Notes: generated by a model not told the origin, from the sequence alone. Shown: positions 7,991 to 18,233, counted from the stretch's first letter. The stretch: 40,000 nucleotides of DNA from Paludibacterium sp. B53371 (GCF_018802765.1 NZ_CP069163.1:1892311-1932310); one strand, 5' to 3'. Made by a program: numbers and translations.

Positions 7991-8715
7991 GATTCCGCCC
8001 CATCCGGCAAAGACGTCGGACATGCCAGGATGATGTAATTCTTGCCAACCGCCCGATAGTACACATAGCGGATATCTTGCCGCCCCAGAGAGAATTGCCG
8101 ATAACGCCGCAGCACATCCGGCAAGGCAATGCCGGGGTCCTTGTAGACATACACCTTGACGCCCTCGGAGGCGCCCAGCAAACGAAACCCGTTATCAGAG
8201 CGAAACATCAGCCAGCCACACAAGATGGCCAACAGGGCGATCAGCAGACCGGTTCCCCAGTGCCCGAGGTCAAACAGCTCATGCGGTCGCCGTCTTGCAG
8301 GAGCAGCGGGAGGCGGGACTTCCACCGGCTGCAGCACCTCGGGCGGCGGCTCGACGGACACGGCTGCGGGCGCAGCTTCACCCTGCACCTCCGCCGTGCC
8401 GACATAGGCAATGCCGATGCGTGGCAGCGTCTTGAGCAGGTCTGCCGACAGACCAATGGCCTCGAAGGCATTACGCAGACCCTTGACCACCTTGTAGTAG
8501 TTGTTCTCCGTGACAATGACCCCACGGGACTCCCACAGCAAGGCGATGATCTCGCGTTTCGATTGCACGCCGCTCAGGAGCGCAGACAATAGTCGGGCCT
8601 CATGTTCCTTGAGCTCGACCTGCTGATCCTGCCGGGAGAGGTATCTGCGCTGGGCGTCGTACAACACCTGCCCTTCCAGCACAAACACCGGAGAGTAGTC
8701 AGTGGGCAATGCCAT
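7960..8715 (-). CDS. ToxR/CadC-like bitopic transcriptional activator (OmpR-type winged helix, Pro/Ala linker, one TM, small periplasmic domain)
   Basis: 251 aa. The N-terminal segment LKEHEARLLSALLSGVQSKREIIALLWESRGVIVTENNYYKVVKGLRNAFEAIGLSADLLKTLPRIGIAY is a winged-helix trans_reg_C domain. A P/A-rich linker follows, then the TM segment WGTGLLIALLAILCGWLMF. The C-terminal domain is about 80 aa with two Cys. Confidence 0.8.
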   Translation of the reverse strand: MALPTDYSPVFVLEGQVLYDAQRRYLSRQDQQVELKEHEARLLSALLSGVQSKREIIALLWESRGVIVTENNYYKVVKGLRNAFEAIGLSADLLKTLPRIGIAYVGTAEVQGEAAPAAVSVEPPPEVLQPVEVPPPAAPARRRPHELFDLGHWGTGLLIALLAILCGWLMFRSDNGFRLLGASEGVKVYVYKDPGIALPDVLRRYRQFSLGRQDIRYVYYRAVGKNYIILACPTSLPDGAESCISLMQKNL

Positions 8716-8904
8716 GTCATCTCAGGCTGCCAACGATCCTGCTGCACCAACCGGGTAGTAATATGCAAACAGGTCGTTAAGCAATTTCTTATACGCTATG
8801 GCAACGAATTATACAGATTGCAGCCATAATCTCCATGACCTAGATGAACTCGCATGATTTATTTTTGCGCAAACAACGGTTGAGCGTGCCATGCCGGCCA
8901 TCAG

Positions 8905-10014
8905 TCACTCACTCTCCCGCTCATCCATCATGATATGCACGGCACGATTGAAGTGGCCAACCCAGACCTTGTCGAACTGATGGTCGGCCGCATTGACCTC
9001 GGCAGCAGCGCGCAACACCGAGCGAGGCTGGCCGCGTGCGCCCTGTTTGACCACCACCGACTCAAAGGCATCCACCAGCGCCAGAATGCGCGCGCCCGGC
9101 TCGATGTCTTGTAGCACCAGGCCCTGCGGATAACCCGAGCCATCCGGCTTCTCATGGTGATGCAGCACAATGCGAGCCGCCAGATCCCAGCCTGGAATCC
9201 GCTGCAGCAGCCCGGCGGCCCAGGCCACATGCTGACGCATCAGCTGCCGCTCTTCCTCGCTCATCATGCGCGTACCGATCCACATGGCCTCCGGCAACAG
9301 CATCATGCCCAGATCATGCACAAAGACCGCCGCACAGAGCTGATCCGCATCCACCGGCGAACCGGCCAGCTGATTGGTTAGCAAAGCCAGCTGCAGATTT
9401 CGTTCGGTGCGACCGGAAAACAGCGAGGAGCGACGCTCCAGTTGCAAGGCCAGCTGATGAAAGAAAGCCAGATCACCGGAACGGTCGGTCATGAAGGGTT
9501 GCAGATTCGGTCGCTCGCCCCGCGCCTCACGCACCCCGGTCAAGGCATCGATCAGACGGGCACAGGCCGCTTCCAGCTCGCCGGCCGGCTGCGTATGCAG
9601 GCTTTCCAGCGCGGCCGTCAACTCATCCAGGTGCAGATTACCGATCGCCTCATGGGCTGCCATGGCATCCACGGCCTGCTGCAAGCGGTCCGTCGACAGC
9701 AGCAAGACATCCGCCAGCCGGGGCGTGAAAGGCACCTCTCCGGAACGCACCCGCGCCAGCAGCGTCTCGGCCGCATGGACGAACGGCACCAGAAACAGCA
9801 GACGGCACAGACTGGCGTCACCCTTGATGTTGTGAAACGTGCGGAACAAGTCAGCCACCGCATCGCGATCACGCGGCTGCTGCCTCAGCAGCGCGACCAG
9901 CGCTTCAATATGTGGAGCGTAGTCGTTCAACGCATCATGAAAGTCATGAAAGCTTTCCTCATCCTCGATCAGTGGTCGTTCATCCGTCATGACACGCTCC
10001 ATGTGATTCATCAC
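8905..10014 (-). CDS. Hpt-domain / HD-GYP-domain protein (putative c-di-GMP phosphodiesterase)
   Basis: 369 aa. The N-terminal part has the Hpt signature FRTFHNIKGDASLCRL. The C-terminal part has HD (VFVHDLGMMLLPE) and HHHEKPDGSGYPQGL (the HD-GYP motif). An alternative start at 9990 (MTDERP) has GGAG 6 nt upstream. Confidence 0.85.
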   Translation of the reverse strand: MMNHMERVMTDERPLIEDEESFHDFHDALNDYAPHIEALVALLRQQPRDRDAVADLFRTFHNIKGDASLCRLLFLVPFVHAAETLLARVRSGEVPFTPRLADVLLLSTDRLQQAVDAMAAHEAIGNLHLDELTAALESLHTQPAGELEAACARLIDALTGVREARGERPNLQPFMTDRSGDLAFFHQLALQLERRSSLFSGRTERNLQLALLTNQLAGSPVDADQLCAAVFVHDLGMMLLPEAMWIGTRMMSEEERQLMRQHVAWAAGLLQRIPGWDLAARIVLHHHEKPDGSGYPQGLVLQDIEPGARILALVDAFESVVVKQGARGQPRSVLRAAAEVNAADHQFDKVWVGHFNRAVHIMMDERESE

Positions 10015-10106
10015 AGACAGCAGCTAGTTTAAATTACATGATAGCGACAGTTATACCTAATGCATACAGGTGCACCCGAATAATGACGGATTTCGATGGC
10101 ACACTT

Positions 10107-10138
10107 GCCGAACAAGCCCGGCTTATACTATGTTCGGC
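10107..10138. promoter_or_regulatory. 8-bp inverted repeat GCCGAACA-N16-TGTTCGGC upstream of marR-family gene
   Basis: Read directly 30-60 bp upstream of the MarR start. MarR proteins typically autoregulate through such palindromes. Confidence 0.35.
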
Positions 10139-10167
10139 TCAAATATTTATCGCTGCATCAATAATCA

Positions 10168-10641
10168 ATGAAACCAATCACCGATATTGCCGCCAGTGCC
10201 AGCACGCTGCGCAAACAGATGATGCTGCTGGTCAGACGCCTGCGGCGCGAGAGCACGCCACTGGAACTCCCCCTGAGCCAATTATTGCTGCTGAGCCGCA
10301 TAGACCAGCTGGGCAACGAAGCCACCCCCACCGCACTGGCCGAATATGAGGGACTGCGGCCGCAAAATCTGTCCGCCCTGCTGCGCAAACTGGAGCAAAT
10401 GGGGCTGACCTTCAAGGAAGAAGACCCGAACGACAAACGCAAAAGCTGCGTGAGACTGACCCGCGAGGGCATGGCGGTCCTGGCCGCCAACCGCAGCAAT
10501 CGTGACAATTGGCTGACCCAGGCCATGGCAAGCTGCCTGAATGAGCAAGAAATCGCTTTGTTGCAGCAGGCAGGCCCGCTGCTGGAACGTCTGGCCACGG
10601 CACTGGAGCCGCCGCGAAACGGGCGTCCAAAAAGCGGCTAA
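10168..10641 (+). CDS. MarR-family transcriptional regulator
   Basis: 157 aa with a central winged HTH: LSQLLLLSRIDQLGNEATPTALAEYEGLRPQNLSALLRKLEQMGLTFKEEDPNDKRKSCVRLTREG. Confidence 0.9.
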   Translation: MKPITDIAASASTLRKQMMLLVRRLRRESTPLELPLSQLLLLSRIDQLGNEATPTALAEYEGLRPQNLSALLRKLEQMGLTFKEEDPNDKRKSCVRLTREGMAVLAANRSNRDNWLTQAMASCLNEQEIALLQQAGPLLERLATALEPPRNGRPKSG

Positions 10642-10709
10642 ACCGTGCTGTCGACAAGGTTTTACGCCTTTGGCATCACCCCCAAGCGCACACCGATAAA
10701 AAATAAAGC

Positions 10710-10738
10710 TTGCATAGCGTTGAAACCTTATGCATTAT
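10710..10738 (+). promoter_or_regulatory. sigma70-type promoter for the cold-shock gene (TTGCAT-17 bp-CATTAT) with an upstream A-tract
   Basis: TTGCAT at 10710..10715, a 17-nt spacer, CATTAT at 10733..10738, preceded by AAAAAATAAAG. It predicts a 5' UTR of about 120 nt, as is usual for cspA-type genes. Confidence 0.5.
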
Positions 10739-10866
10739 CCGTCCCTGCAGGATTTTCAAGTCGAAGATATGGGTTGTCGTAGTTGGACGCAAGTCTGTAC
10801 CACAGTTCGCCATTTCCCTTGATTTTCATGCACTTGTTTTTATTTTTTTATGAATGGGAATTACAC

Positions 10867-11070
10867 ATGGCAACGGGTACCGTTAAGTGGTTCAACGACG
10901 CTAAGGGCTTCGGTTTTATCACTCCGGACGAAGGCGGCGAAGACGTTTTCGCACACTTCTCCCAAATCAAGGTCAATGGCTTCAAGACCCTGGCTGAAAA
11001 CCAGAAAGTCAGCTTCGAAGTGACCATGGGCCCGAAGGGCAAGCAAGCTTCCAACATCCAGCCGCTGTAA
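10867..11070 (+). CDS. CspA-family cold-shock protein
   Basis: In-frame ATG 10867 in track ORF 10783..11070. [34 protein letters not shown] carries RNP1 (KGFGFI) and RNP2 (VFAHF). Length is 67 aa. Confidence 0.95.
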   Translation: MATGTVKWFNDAKGFGFITPDEGGEDVFAHFSQIKVNGFKTLAENQKVSFEVTMGPKGKQASNIQPL

Positions 11071-11095
11071 TCATCGGCCGAATCGGAAGACAAGA

Positions 11096-11122
11096 ACCCG
11101 GATCACGATCCGGGTTTTTTTG
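11096..11122 (+). terminator. rho-independent terminator
   Basis: ACCCGGATC (11096..11104) pairs with GATCCGGGT (11107..11115) and is followed by a run of T. Confidence 0.85.
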
Positions 11123-11207
11123 CGTCTGCAGCAAAGCCATCCTCCTGCCCGACCCTTGTCAAAGCACGACTCATTCTGCATGATGCCTTTTTTACCGGGG
11201 ATCCTGC

Positions 11208-12020
11208 ATGACCGATATTCTCAACACCATCCTGGCGCGCAAACGGCAAGAAGTCAGCCAGGCACTCAGCCAGCGCTCCCTGCAACAAGTCCGCCAGGAC
11301 GCTGAATCCCGCACCGGAGATCAGCGCGACTTTGTCGAGGCCCTGCGCCTGCGCCATCGCCTAGGCCTATCCGCCGTCATTGCCGAAGTCAAGAAAGCCA
11401 GCCCGAGCAAAGGTGTCATCCGTGCCGATTTCGATCCGGCCGCCATCGCCGCCAGCTACGCACAGCACGGCGCAGCCTGCCTGTCTGTCCTCACTGACCG
11501 GGATTTTTTCCAGGGCGATCGCCTGTATCTCGAAGCGGCACGACAGGCCTGCACCCTGCCGGTACTGCGCAAGGACTTTCTGGTCGACGAATATCAGGTT
11601 TATGAGGCGCGAGCCATGGGGGCCGACTGCATCCTGCTGATTGCGGCCGCTCTGGACGATGCCCGCCTGCACGCCTTCCACGACCTGGCACTGTCACTCG
11701 GCATGGCCGTGCTGGTGGAGGTCCACGACGCCGAAGAACTCGCCCGGGCACTGCATCTGACGACCCCGCTGATCGGCATCAACAACCGCAACCTGCGCAC
11801 CTTCGACGTAGATCTGGCCACCACCATCGGACTGCTGCCGCAGATTGGCGCCGAGCGCATCGTGGTCACCGAAAGCGGCATCCTGAGCAGCGCGGATGTC
11901 ACGCGCATGCACAGCCACCAGGTCAGTACCTTCCTGGTGGGCGAAGCCTTCATGCGTGCAGCCGACCCCGGCCGGGCACTCGCCGAACTGTTCGCCGGCT
12001 CGCCCCGCCCGGTTCAGTAA
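11208..12020 (+). CDS. trpC: indole-3-glycerol-phosphate synthase
   Basis: 270 aa. [16 protein letters not shown]..., [36 protein letters not shown] and SESGI are the canonical TrpC blocks. No other trp gene is adjacent. Confidence 0.93.
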   Translation: MTDILNTILARKRQEVSQALSQRSLQQVRQDAESRTGDQRDFVEALRLRHRLGLSAVIAEVKKASPSKGVIRADFDPAAIAASYAQHGAACLSVLTDRDFFQGDRLYLEAARQACTLPVLRKDFLVDEYQVYEARAMGADCILLIAAALDDARLHAFHDLALSLGMAVLVEVHDAEELARALHLTTPLIGINNRNLRTFDVDLATTIGLLPQIGAERIVVTESGILSSADVTRMHSHQVSTFLVGEAFMRAADPGRALAELFAGSPRPVQ

Positions 12021-14239
12021 TCCAGCCCGAGATACATATAGCCAATCAGACGGCCGCCGCGCGCACTCCCCACCCCGACAAAGAACGGGCCAAGGATGGT
12101 GTCGGCGCCCAGGAACACCGAGCCCCCGGGCAACCAGCCGGTATCTTCATCACTGAAATTGCGCCGCCACACCTTGCCCACCTCCAGCGAAGTGCCGGCA
12201 TAAAGCCCGGAACCCAGCGCGGAAGGCAGGGTGGCCGCGCGCCAGTACACCATCACGCGCCCCAGACCGACCTTCTCGCCGTAGAGTTCGTCCTGCTGAT
12301 ACCCACTGAGATTCAGGAAGCCGCCAAGGAATTGCGGGGTAATGAAACGATCCGGATTGCTGACATCCAGATTCCCCTTCAATTTGCCGGTGAAGCGCCA
12401 GGTAAAATCGCCGAGGGTCAGCGCATTCTCAGCCGTCAGCGCGTAGTAACGCGTATCGATCCCCTGCCAGGCGGGCATGGAGTAACGCAGATTACCGTCA
12501 AAGAAATAACCGCTGCGCGGCCAGCGCGGGTTGTCAAACTGATCGGCCACCGCACTCATCTGCAGACCGGCCTCGGTCGCCTTCTGATCCAGCGACGACA
12601 ACGAACCCGGCAAAACACCCATGGTCAGACGCGGATTGTAGCGGGTCCAGTAAGGACCACCGCGCAGCTGACCGTACTTGCCCAGCGCCACCCCGGCATC
12701 GAGCTCGCCACCGGTTTCGGCCAGCGTCAGCTCGGCATACTTCAGATGGTGGTTGTCAAAAAATGGCCAGGCCTCTTCCTTGTAGTGAGCCTGGGCAGAC
12801 ACGAACATCGGACTGTCCAGCCCCAGGGGCTGATAGATCTCGCTGCGCAGCAGGGTATCCGATCCGACCTGCAGATCATTGCGCCAGGTCGCCCCGGCCG
12901 CATCCAGCCAGGTATTCAGCGATGAAGCCAGGAAGGTGAAGCTGGCATCGCCTGTAGTGCTGTTTTTCAGGTTGAGACCGAAGCGCAGATAGGTCGGGCC
13001 GATAGTACGTTCCACCGGCATCACCTGCATCACATTGCGGCCGTCCTTGTTCTCGATGCGGTAGGTGAGATTGTCGTAATCACCACCGGCAAACAGCTCG
13101 CGCAACTGCTGACGCGCCGTATCCAGCCTGGGGGCTTTCTGCTCGCTGTCCAGCTTACGCGCAAGGCGCTCCCCATTGATATAGCTGCCGGTCGGACTCA
13201 CCACCTCGATGCGCTCAATGTGCGGCGACTCGGGCGGGACCAGACGCGCATGCCAGGCCTGATATTCGGCAGGTGGCACCGACCAGGCGGCCAGACGCTC
13301 ACGCACCGCATCCACGGCCTTGACACCGCGGGCAATGATGGCCTGGTTATCGACGAACGATGCCGCTGAATAACCATTCAGATCAGGCCGGATAACGATA
13401 TCCTGATCATCCAGCAAGGCCTTCTGCTGCTTGACGTTGCGCGTCACCAGCAGATTGCTGGTCTGCGCCACCACATCGAACAGCGTCTTGATCTGCTCGG
13501 TTTTCATCAGCGGGGTGCCGACATCGACCACGATCACGTGATCGGCACAGTGATGCTTCAGGTCCTCGATCGGCAGGTTGCGCGCCACGCCGCCGTCAAT
13601 CAGCAGCCTGCCCTGATCGGTCACCGGATCAAACAGCCCCGGCACGGCCATACTGGCGCGCAAGGCCGTAGCCAGCACGCCGTGATCGAACACCACCGCA
13701 TCGCCATTGGACAGATCGGTCGCTACCGCCCGGAAAGGAATCGGCAGATGATCAAAACTGTCGATCACCCGATCGTGGGTCAGCTGGCGGATGTAAAGAT
13801 CGACATCCTGCGAATTGATGGCGCTGCGCGGCACGCGAAACGCCCCGTCGCGCACCCCGAAGGTAATATCGAAATAATTCTTGTAGTCATCGCTCTTGCG
13901 TGAGTACGGCACCTGGGAGCGGGCAGGCCGGCCGGACAACATCGCATTCCAGTCAGCGTCCCGGAAAGACTGCTGCATCTCGTCCAGCCCCAGACCGTTG
14001 GCATACATGCCACCAATCAGCGCGCCGGCACTGGTTCCCGAAATACAGGCGATGGGGATATGCATTTTTTCCAGCTCGCGCAGCACGCCCAGGTGCGCAA
14101 AACCACGGGCCCCGCCCCCGCCCAGCACCACCCCGATACGAGGCCGCGCCGGTGGTGAGGCGGTTGAGGCCTCATCGGCCATCACCAGCATCGGACAGCA
14201 AAGCACCAACAGACACAGACATTTCAAATGACGGATCAT
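12014..14239 (-). CDS. plpD: patatin-like phospholipase fused to POTRA and Omp85-like beta-barrel (PlpD-like, type Vd autotransporter)
   Basis: In-frame ATG 14239 gives the signal peptide [23 protein letters not shown]. Patatin motifs are GGGGARG, GTSAG (GxSxG) and LIDGGV (catalytic Asp). The long C-terminal beta-rich region ends in [13 protein letters not shown] lies 6 nt upstream of the ATG. The 14240..14428 extension in the track overlaps hyfR and is rejected. Confidence 0.85.
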   Translation of the reverse strand: MIRHLKCLCLLVLCCPMLVMADEASTASPPARPRIGVVLGGGGARGFAHLGVLRELEKMHIPIACISGTSAGALIGGMYANGLGLDEMQQSFRDADWNAMLSGRPARSQVPYSRKSDDYKNYFDITFGVRDGAFRVPRSAINSQDVDLYIRQLTHDRVIDSFDHLPIPFRAVATDLSNGDAVVFDHGVLATALRASMAVPGLFDPVTDQGRLLIDGGVARNLPIEDLKHHCADHVIVVDVGTPLMKTEQIKTLFDVVAQTSNLLVTRNVKQQKALLDDQDIVIRPDLNGYSAASFVDNQAIIARGVKAVDAVRERLAAWSVPPAEYQAWHARLVPPESPHIERIEVVSPTGSYINGERLARKLDSEQKAPRLDTARQQLRELFAGGDYDNLTYRIENKDGRNVMQVMPVERTIGPTYLRFGLNLKNSTTGDASFTFLASSLNTWLDAAGATWRNDLQVGSDTLLRSEIYQPLGLDSPMFVSAQAHYKEEAWPFFDNHHLKYAELTLAETGGELDAGVALGKYGQLRGGPYWTRYNPRLTMGVLPGSLSSLDQKATEAGLQMSAVADQFDNPRWPRSGYFFDGNLRYSMPAWQGIDTRYYALTAENALTLGDFTWRFTGKLKGNLDVSNPDRFITPQFLGGFLNLSGYQQDELYGEKVGLGRVMVYWRAATLPSALGSGLYAGTSLEVGKVWRRNFSDEDTGWLPGGSVFLGADTILGPFFVGVGSARGGRLIGYMYLGLDY

Positions 14240-14261
14240 GCACAATCCTGCAAACGGAGGT

Positions 14262-15908
14262 TCACTGCTCATCCAGTGATTTGATGGAAATACCCATGCG
14301 CTGCATGCGCGACAGCAAGGTGGTGCGCTTGAGCCCCAGCCGGGCGGCCGCCCCTTTTGGCCCGGCCACGATGCCATTGGCCTCGCGCAGCACACGCAGG
14401 ATGCGCTCGCGCTCCGACTCGCTGCCATCGTCTGCCGACAGCGGCGCCGGCATCACCGGCCCGCGTGCAGGCGGCGCCACCGACTGCGGCACAGGATGGG
14501 CAGGCTGCAGATCGGCCATCGGCAGATGCAGCTCCGGTCCGCGCGACAGAATCACGGCACGTTCGATGACGTTCTGCAACTCGCGTACGTTGCCCGGCCA
14601 GGGATGGCGCACCAGACGCCGCAGCGTCTCATCGGCAATGGACTCAATATTGCGCTTCAGCCGCCGGGCGAACTTCTGCACGAAAAACCGTGCCAGCAGC
14701 GGGATGTCTTCCGGTCGTTCGCGCAGAGGCGGCACCCAGATCGGAAACACGTTCAGGCGATAATAAAGATCACTGCGATAGCGGCGTTCATCGATCATTT
14801 GCTGCAGATCGCAACTGGTCGCGGCAATCACCCGCACATCCACCGGAATGATCTTCTGCCCGCCAAGACGTTCGATCTCACGCTCCTGCAGCACGCGCAA
14901 CAGCTTGGGCTGCAGCTCGAGCGGAATGTCGCCCACCTCGTCCAGAAACAGCGTGCCATGATGCGCCATCTCGAAGCGCCCCAGCCGCTGGGCACTGGCC
15001 CCGGTAAAAGCGCCCTTTTCATGCCCGAACAGTTCGCTCTCCAGCAGACCGGCCGGAATGGCGGCGCTATTCATGGTCACCATGCGCTGCGCCTTGCGCG
15101 GACTCAGATTGTGGATCGCCCGGGCAATCAGCTCCTTGCCGGTACCGGTTTCGCCACGGATCAGCACCGAAGAATCGGTGTCGGCCACCATGCGAACCTG
15201 CTCCAACAGCTCCGACATCAGCCGACTCTGGCCGATAATCTCGTCAAAGCTCTCGTAATTGCTGATTTCTTCGGCAAGCAGCCGGTTTTCGTCGGTCAGG
15301 CGATCCTTGAGGCGGGAGATCTGCTGATAGGCCAGTGCATTGTCCAGCGACAGCGCGATGCGGGCGGCAATCTGCTGCAACAACAACAGATTGTCATGAA
15401 AGAAATGCGCCTCGCGGTCATGCGCCAGCATCAGGGCCCCCACGATGCGCTCGCCGGAGAACAGCGGCAACACACACAGCGAGCAAAACCCCTGCGCCAG
15501 CAGCTCGCGCACATGGCGATGTTCCGCCGCCAGCTGCTGCATGCGCGACTGATCGCACACCAGCACCTGCTTGTTCATCACATCCTGCCGCGCCGGCAGA
15601 TGATTCAGCGAGAACTCTGCCTGCTCGCGACGCAAAGAGCCGTCGGCACGAAACAGGGCCGCATGCGACTCGACCCGGGTCGAGTCGGCATCAAACAGGT
15701 TGAGATCAACGAAATGAATAGCCAGATAACGGCTCAGGGCACGGGCCACCTGCTCGACCAGATCATCGAGCTGCAATGTGGACAACACGGCATTGGTGAC
15801 ATCGACCAGAATCTGCAGATGATCACGCTCGCGACGCAAGGCGTCGAGCGATGCAGCCTGGCTGGCAGCGCCGACATCCGGGGCAAGACAATGCAGATGG
15901 GAGTCCAT
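14262..15908 (-). CDS. hyfR: sigma54-dependent activator of the FhlA/HyfR type (single GAF, AAA+, C-terminal HTH)
   Basis: In-frame ATG 15908 (MDSHLHCL...). It has an N-terminal GAF-like region of about 220 aa. AAA+ motifs are [14 protein letters not shown] and [12 protein letters not shown] (GAFTGA loop). The C-terminal HTH is [20 protein letters not shown]. Its position after hyfJ/hycI mirrors E. coli hyfR. Confidence 0.88.
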   Translation of the reverse strand: MDSHLHCLAPDVGAASQAASLDALRRERDHLQILVDVTNAVLSTLQLDDLVEQVARALSRYLAIHFVDLNLFDADSTRVESHAALFRADGSLRREQAEFSLNHLPARQDVMNKQVLVCDQSRMQQLAAEHRHVRELLAQGFCSLCVLPLFSGERIVGALMLAHDREAHFFHDNLLLLQQIAARIALSLDNALAYQQISRLKDRLTDENRLLAEEISNYESFDEIIGQSRLMSELLEQVRMVADTDSSVLIRGETGTGKELIARAIHNLSPRKAQRMVTMNSAAIPAGLLESELFGHEKGAFTGASAQRLGRFEMAHHGTLFLDEVGDIPLELQPKLLRVLQEREIERLGGQKIIPVDVRVIAATSCDLQQMIDERRYRSDLYYRLNVFPIWVPPLRERPEDIPLLARFFVQKFARRLKRNIESIADETLRRLVRHPWPGNVRELQNVIERAVILSRGPELHLPMADLQPAHPVPQSVAPPARGPVMPAPLSADDGSESERERILRVLREANGIVAGPKGAAARLGLKRTTLLSRMQRMGISIKSLDEQ

Positions 15909-15970
15909 GGTTCGATCGGAATTATGGCCAATGAAAGAAGGAAAGCCTGCTACTGCCACAGTCAAGCGGC

Positions 15971-15998
15971 ATTGTAACAGGCAGTGACCATTCGGCAA
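15971..15998 (-). promoter_or_regulatory. candidate sigma70 promoter for hyfR (TTGCCG-16 bp-TACAAT on the minus strand)
   Basis: The reverse complement of 15993..15998 is TTGCCG and of 15971..15976 is TACAAT, with a 16-nt spacer. It lies about 60 nt upstream of the hyfR ATG. Confidence 0.35.
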
Positions 15999-16019
15999 AC
16001 GCGGTCAGATCAAGGGATG

Positions 16020-16493
16020 TCAGGGGTGCGCCGATTCCAGCCAGGGCATGCCATCCAGCCCCTTGCCGCTGGTCAGGCGGTCATGCAGCGCACGCACAGC
16101 CGCTTCGATGCGCGAGGTGAGCGGAAAATAGAACGCCACCACATCCGGCTGTACGCCGAGAAACAGTACCTCGTCGACCTCCTCGCGCAGACGCTCGATG
16201 AGAAAATTCAGCGGCAGATTATGTGTAGTCATGATGAACATGTCGGCAATGGTCCGGTCATCCACCAGACGCACCTCGCCCGGCGCCAGCCCCATATCGG
16301 CCGCATCGAACACCACGACCTGCCGCGGTCGTGCCGCCAGCACCTCATGGGCCACATTCTCCGGCGACGACCCGCCATCAATCGCCTGCCAGCCCGGCGC
16401 CGGTTGCGCCTGCAGCAAGTCAAACAGCAAGGGGCCGGCGCCATCGTCGCCCATCATGCGGTTACCCACGGTCAGCAACAGGGAATCAGTCAC
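16020..16493 (-). CDS. hycI: hydrogenase large-subunit C-terminal endopeptidase
   Basis: 157 aa. [23 protein letters not shown]...IDGGSSPEN...FDAADMGLAPGEVRLVD...MTTHNLPLNFL closely parallels E. coli HycI as I recall it. Confidence 0.9.
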   Translation of the reverse strand: MTDSLLLTVGNRMMGDDGAGPLLFDLLQAQPAPGWQAIDGGSSPENVAHEVLAARPRQVVVFDAADMGLAPGEVRLVDDRTIADMFIMTTHNLPLNFLIERLREEVDEVLFLGVQPDVVAFYFPLTSRIEAAVRALHDRLTSGKGLDGMPWLESAHP

Positions 16494-16896
16494 GGCGTTT
16501 CACCATCAGATACATGGCCGGCTCGGCCTCAATCGCCGCCAGCGCGGACATCAACGCACGCGTCCAGGTCAGCTCATCCTCCTCGAACCCTGCCTCGGCA
16601 CGGGACAAGGCCAGCGCCAGCAACTGGGTATGTGAGGCATCAATCATGATTTCGCCGAACTTGAACACCCCTTCCAGCTTGCGGCGGGCCTCGCCGGGCG
16701 GCAACTTGCCCACCCAGCGATCAAAGCCGTCCAGTGGACAGGACAGTGCCGTCTTCAGGCAGTCGATCACCCCGATATGGTGCCCGAGCGCCAGCGTCTG
16801 GTAGATCACCTGACGCGCCGGCCCCTCAGCCGGCAGATCCTGTTCGCGCTCAAGGAACTTCTTCGATAGCGAGTAAAAGATCACCTTGCCGCTCAT
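16486..16896 (-). CDS. hyfJ: formate hydrogenlyase maturation protein HycH/HyfJ
   Basis: In-frame ATG 16896. [51 protein letters not shown] parallels E. coli HycH (MSEKVVFSQLSRKF...SLAIGHHLGVIDCLEAAL). It ends [10 protein letters not shown]. Confidence 0.9.
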   Translation of the reverse strand: MSGKVIFYSLSKKFLEREQDLPAEGPARQVIYQTLALGHHIGVIDCLKTALSCPLDGFDRWVGKLPPGEARRKLEGVFKFGEIMIDASHTQLLALALSRAEAGFEEDELTWTRALMSALAAIEAEPAMYLMVKRRD

Positions 16897-17687
16897 GGCC
16901 GGCCCCCGGCACCGATGTCCCACAGGCGGGTCAGGATCTCCGCCAGACGCGGATCATCTTCACCAGACAGACGACGCTTCATGCACTCATCCAGCGTCAG
17001 ATCGGTTTCCGTCACCAGGGTAAGGAATTCATCGGCAATCAGCCGGCCACTGCGATAGCCGGCCAGACGACGCGCCTCGCGCTCGATCTCCACCCGCACA
17101 TCCAACGGAATCGCCGGATGCGGCACGACCGGACGCTCATCCTCGCCCTCGACCTGATGAGTGGCCTTGAGCTTCTGGTCCAGCAGGCCGAGCGCCATGG
17201 CAAACCCGTACAGCGTGGCCGGCGGTGTCGGCGGGCAGCCGGGAATATAAACATCGACCGGCACCACTTTGTCACTGCCACCCCAGACGCAATACAAATC
17301 ATGAAAAATCCCGCCCGAGCAGCCGCAGGCACCATAAGAGACGGAAATCTTCGGGTCCGGCGCCGCCTGCCAGGCACGCAGCGCCGGCATGCGCATGGCA
17401 CGGGTCACCGCGCCGGTAAACAGCAAGATGTCGGCATGGCGCGGCGAGGCGACCACCTTGATGCCAAAACGCTCGGCATCGAACACCGGGGTAATGGCGG
17501 CAAAAATCTCGATTTCGCAACCGTTGCAGCCGCCGCAGTCCACCCGGTACACATAGGCCGAACGCTGGATATCCTTGAGCAGCTTGCCTTTCAGGGCGGC
17601 AATATGCTCGCTTTCAGTCAGGGGCACCGGCATGCCGCTGGCGTCGCGCGGGGCGATCAGCCGGGAAGTGTCAACAGCTCCGTTCAT
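16893..17687 (-). CDS. hyfI: hydrogenase small subunit, NuoB-like (HycG/HyfI)
   Basis: 264 aa. [48 protein letters not shown] and [10 protein letters not shown] are the HycG/NuoB [4Fe-4S] ligand blocks. ATGA overlaps occur at both ends. Confidence 0.92.
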   Translation of the reverse strand: MNGAVDTSRLIAPRDASGMPVPLTESEHIAALKGKLLKDIQRSAYVYRVDCGGCNGCEIEIFAAITPVFDAERFGIKVVASPRHADILLFTGAVTRAMRMPALRAWQAAPDPKISVSYGACGCSGGIFHDLYCVWGGSDKVVPVDVYIPGCPPTPPATLYGFAMALGLLDQKLKATHQVEGEDERPVVPHPAIPLDVRVEIEREARRLAGYRSGRLIADEFLTLVTETDLTLDECMKRRLSGEDDPRLAEILTRLWDIGAGGRP

Positions 17688-18223
17688 TGTTCCGCCTCCG
17701 GGGACAAATGCTGCGAGGTCAAATCACGTGCAATGGTGGCTTCACGCTTGCACGACGGGCAGCAGGCGAATTGCTCGCGCTGCGCCTCGCTGAGCGGCAA
17801 GCCGCTCTGTCGCAGCAGATCCATCACATAGCCGACCTCCCTGGCCGGTGCAAACGGCTGGCCGCACACGGCACAATCCTGCAGGCGGAAAGTGGCCTTC
17901 TGCAGCAGATCGTCCTTGTTGGCTACCGCCAGCTCGAATTCCGGTGTCAGGGCGATGGCATGGGTCGGGCAAACCTCCTCGCAGCGGCCGCAAAAGATGC
18001 AGCGCCCGAGATTGAGCTGCCAGGTTCGCGTGCCGCTGGCCGTGTCGTTGCCCATGGTCAGGGCATTGGCCGGACAGGCGGAAGTACAGGCTGCACAGGC
18101 AATGCACTGCTGGGCATTCAGCTCCGGCTTGCCGCGGAACCCGGGGCTGACCGGATAGGGGGCAAACGGATACTTGGCGGTCGCCTCGCCCGCACCGGTA
18201 ATGATCTTGAAGAGCTTGAGCAT
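17684..18223 (-). CDS. hyfH: 2x[4Fe-4S] ferredoxin subunit, NuoI-like (HycF/HyfH)
   Basis: 179 aa with two CxxCxxCxxxCP motifs ([24 protein letters not shown]) plus a C-terminal Cys pair. Confidence 0.9.
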   Translation of the reverse strand: MLKLFKIITGAGEATAKYPFAPYPVSPGFRGKPELNAQQCIACAACTSACPANALTMGNDTASGTRTWQLNLGRCIFCGRCEEVCPTHAIALTPEFELAVANKDDLLQKATFRLQDCAVCGQPFAPAREVGYVMDLLRQSGLPLSEAQREQFACCPSCKREATIARDLTSQHLSPEAEQ

Positions 18224-18233
18224 GGATCGGCTC

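Noticed and set aside
7442-8038. 198-aa plus-strand ORF in the ToxR-partner region.
   Set aside because: Its His/Gly/Ile/Gln-rich composition is typical of a shadow frame. The minus-strand frame has the expected GC3 bias, a TM segment and operon context.
10097-10109. TGGCACACTTGCC upstream of the marR-family gene looked like a sigma54 -24/-12 element.
   Set aside because: The GG to GC spacing is 3 nt too short relative to TGGCACG-N4-TTGC.
14240-14428. 63-codon upstream extension of the patatin ORF overlapping the 3' end of hyfR.
   Set aside because: The extension is Cys/Pro/Trp-rich nonsense. The Met at 14239 gives a proper signal peptide and has an AGGA RBS.
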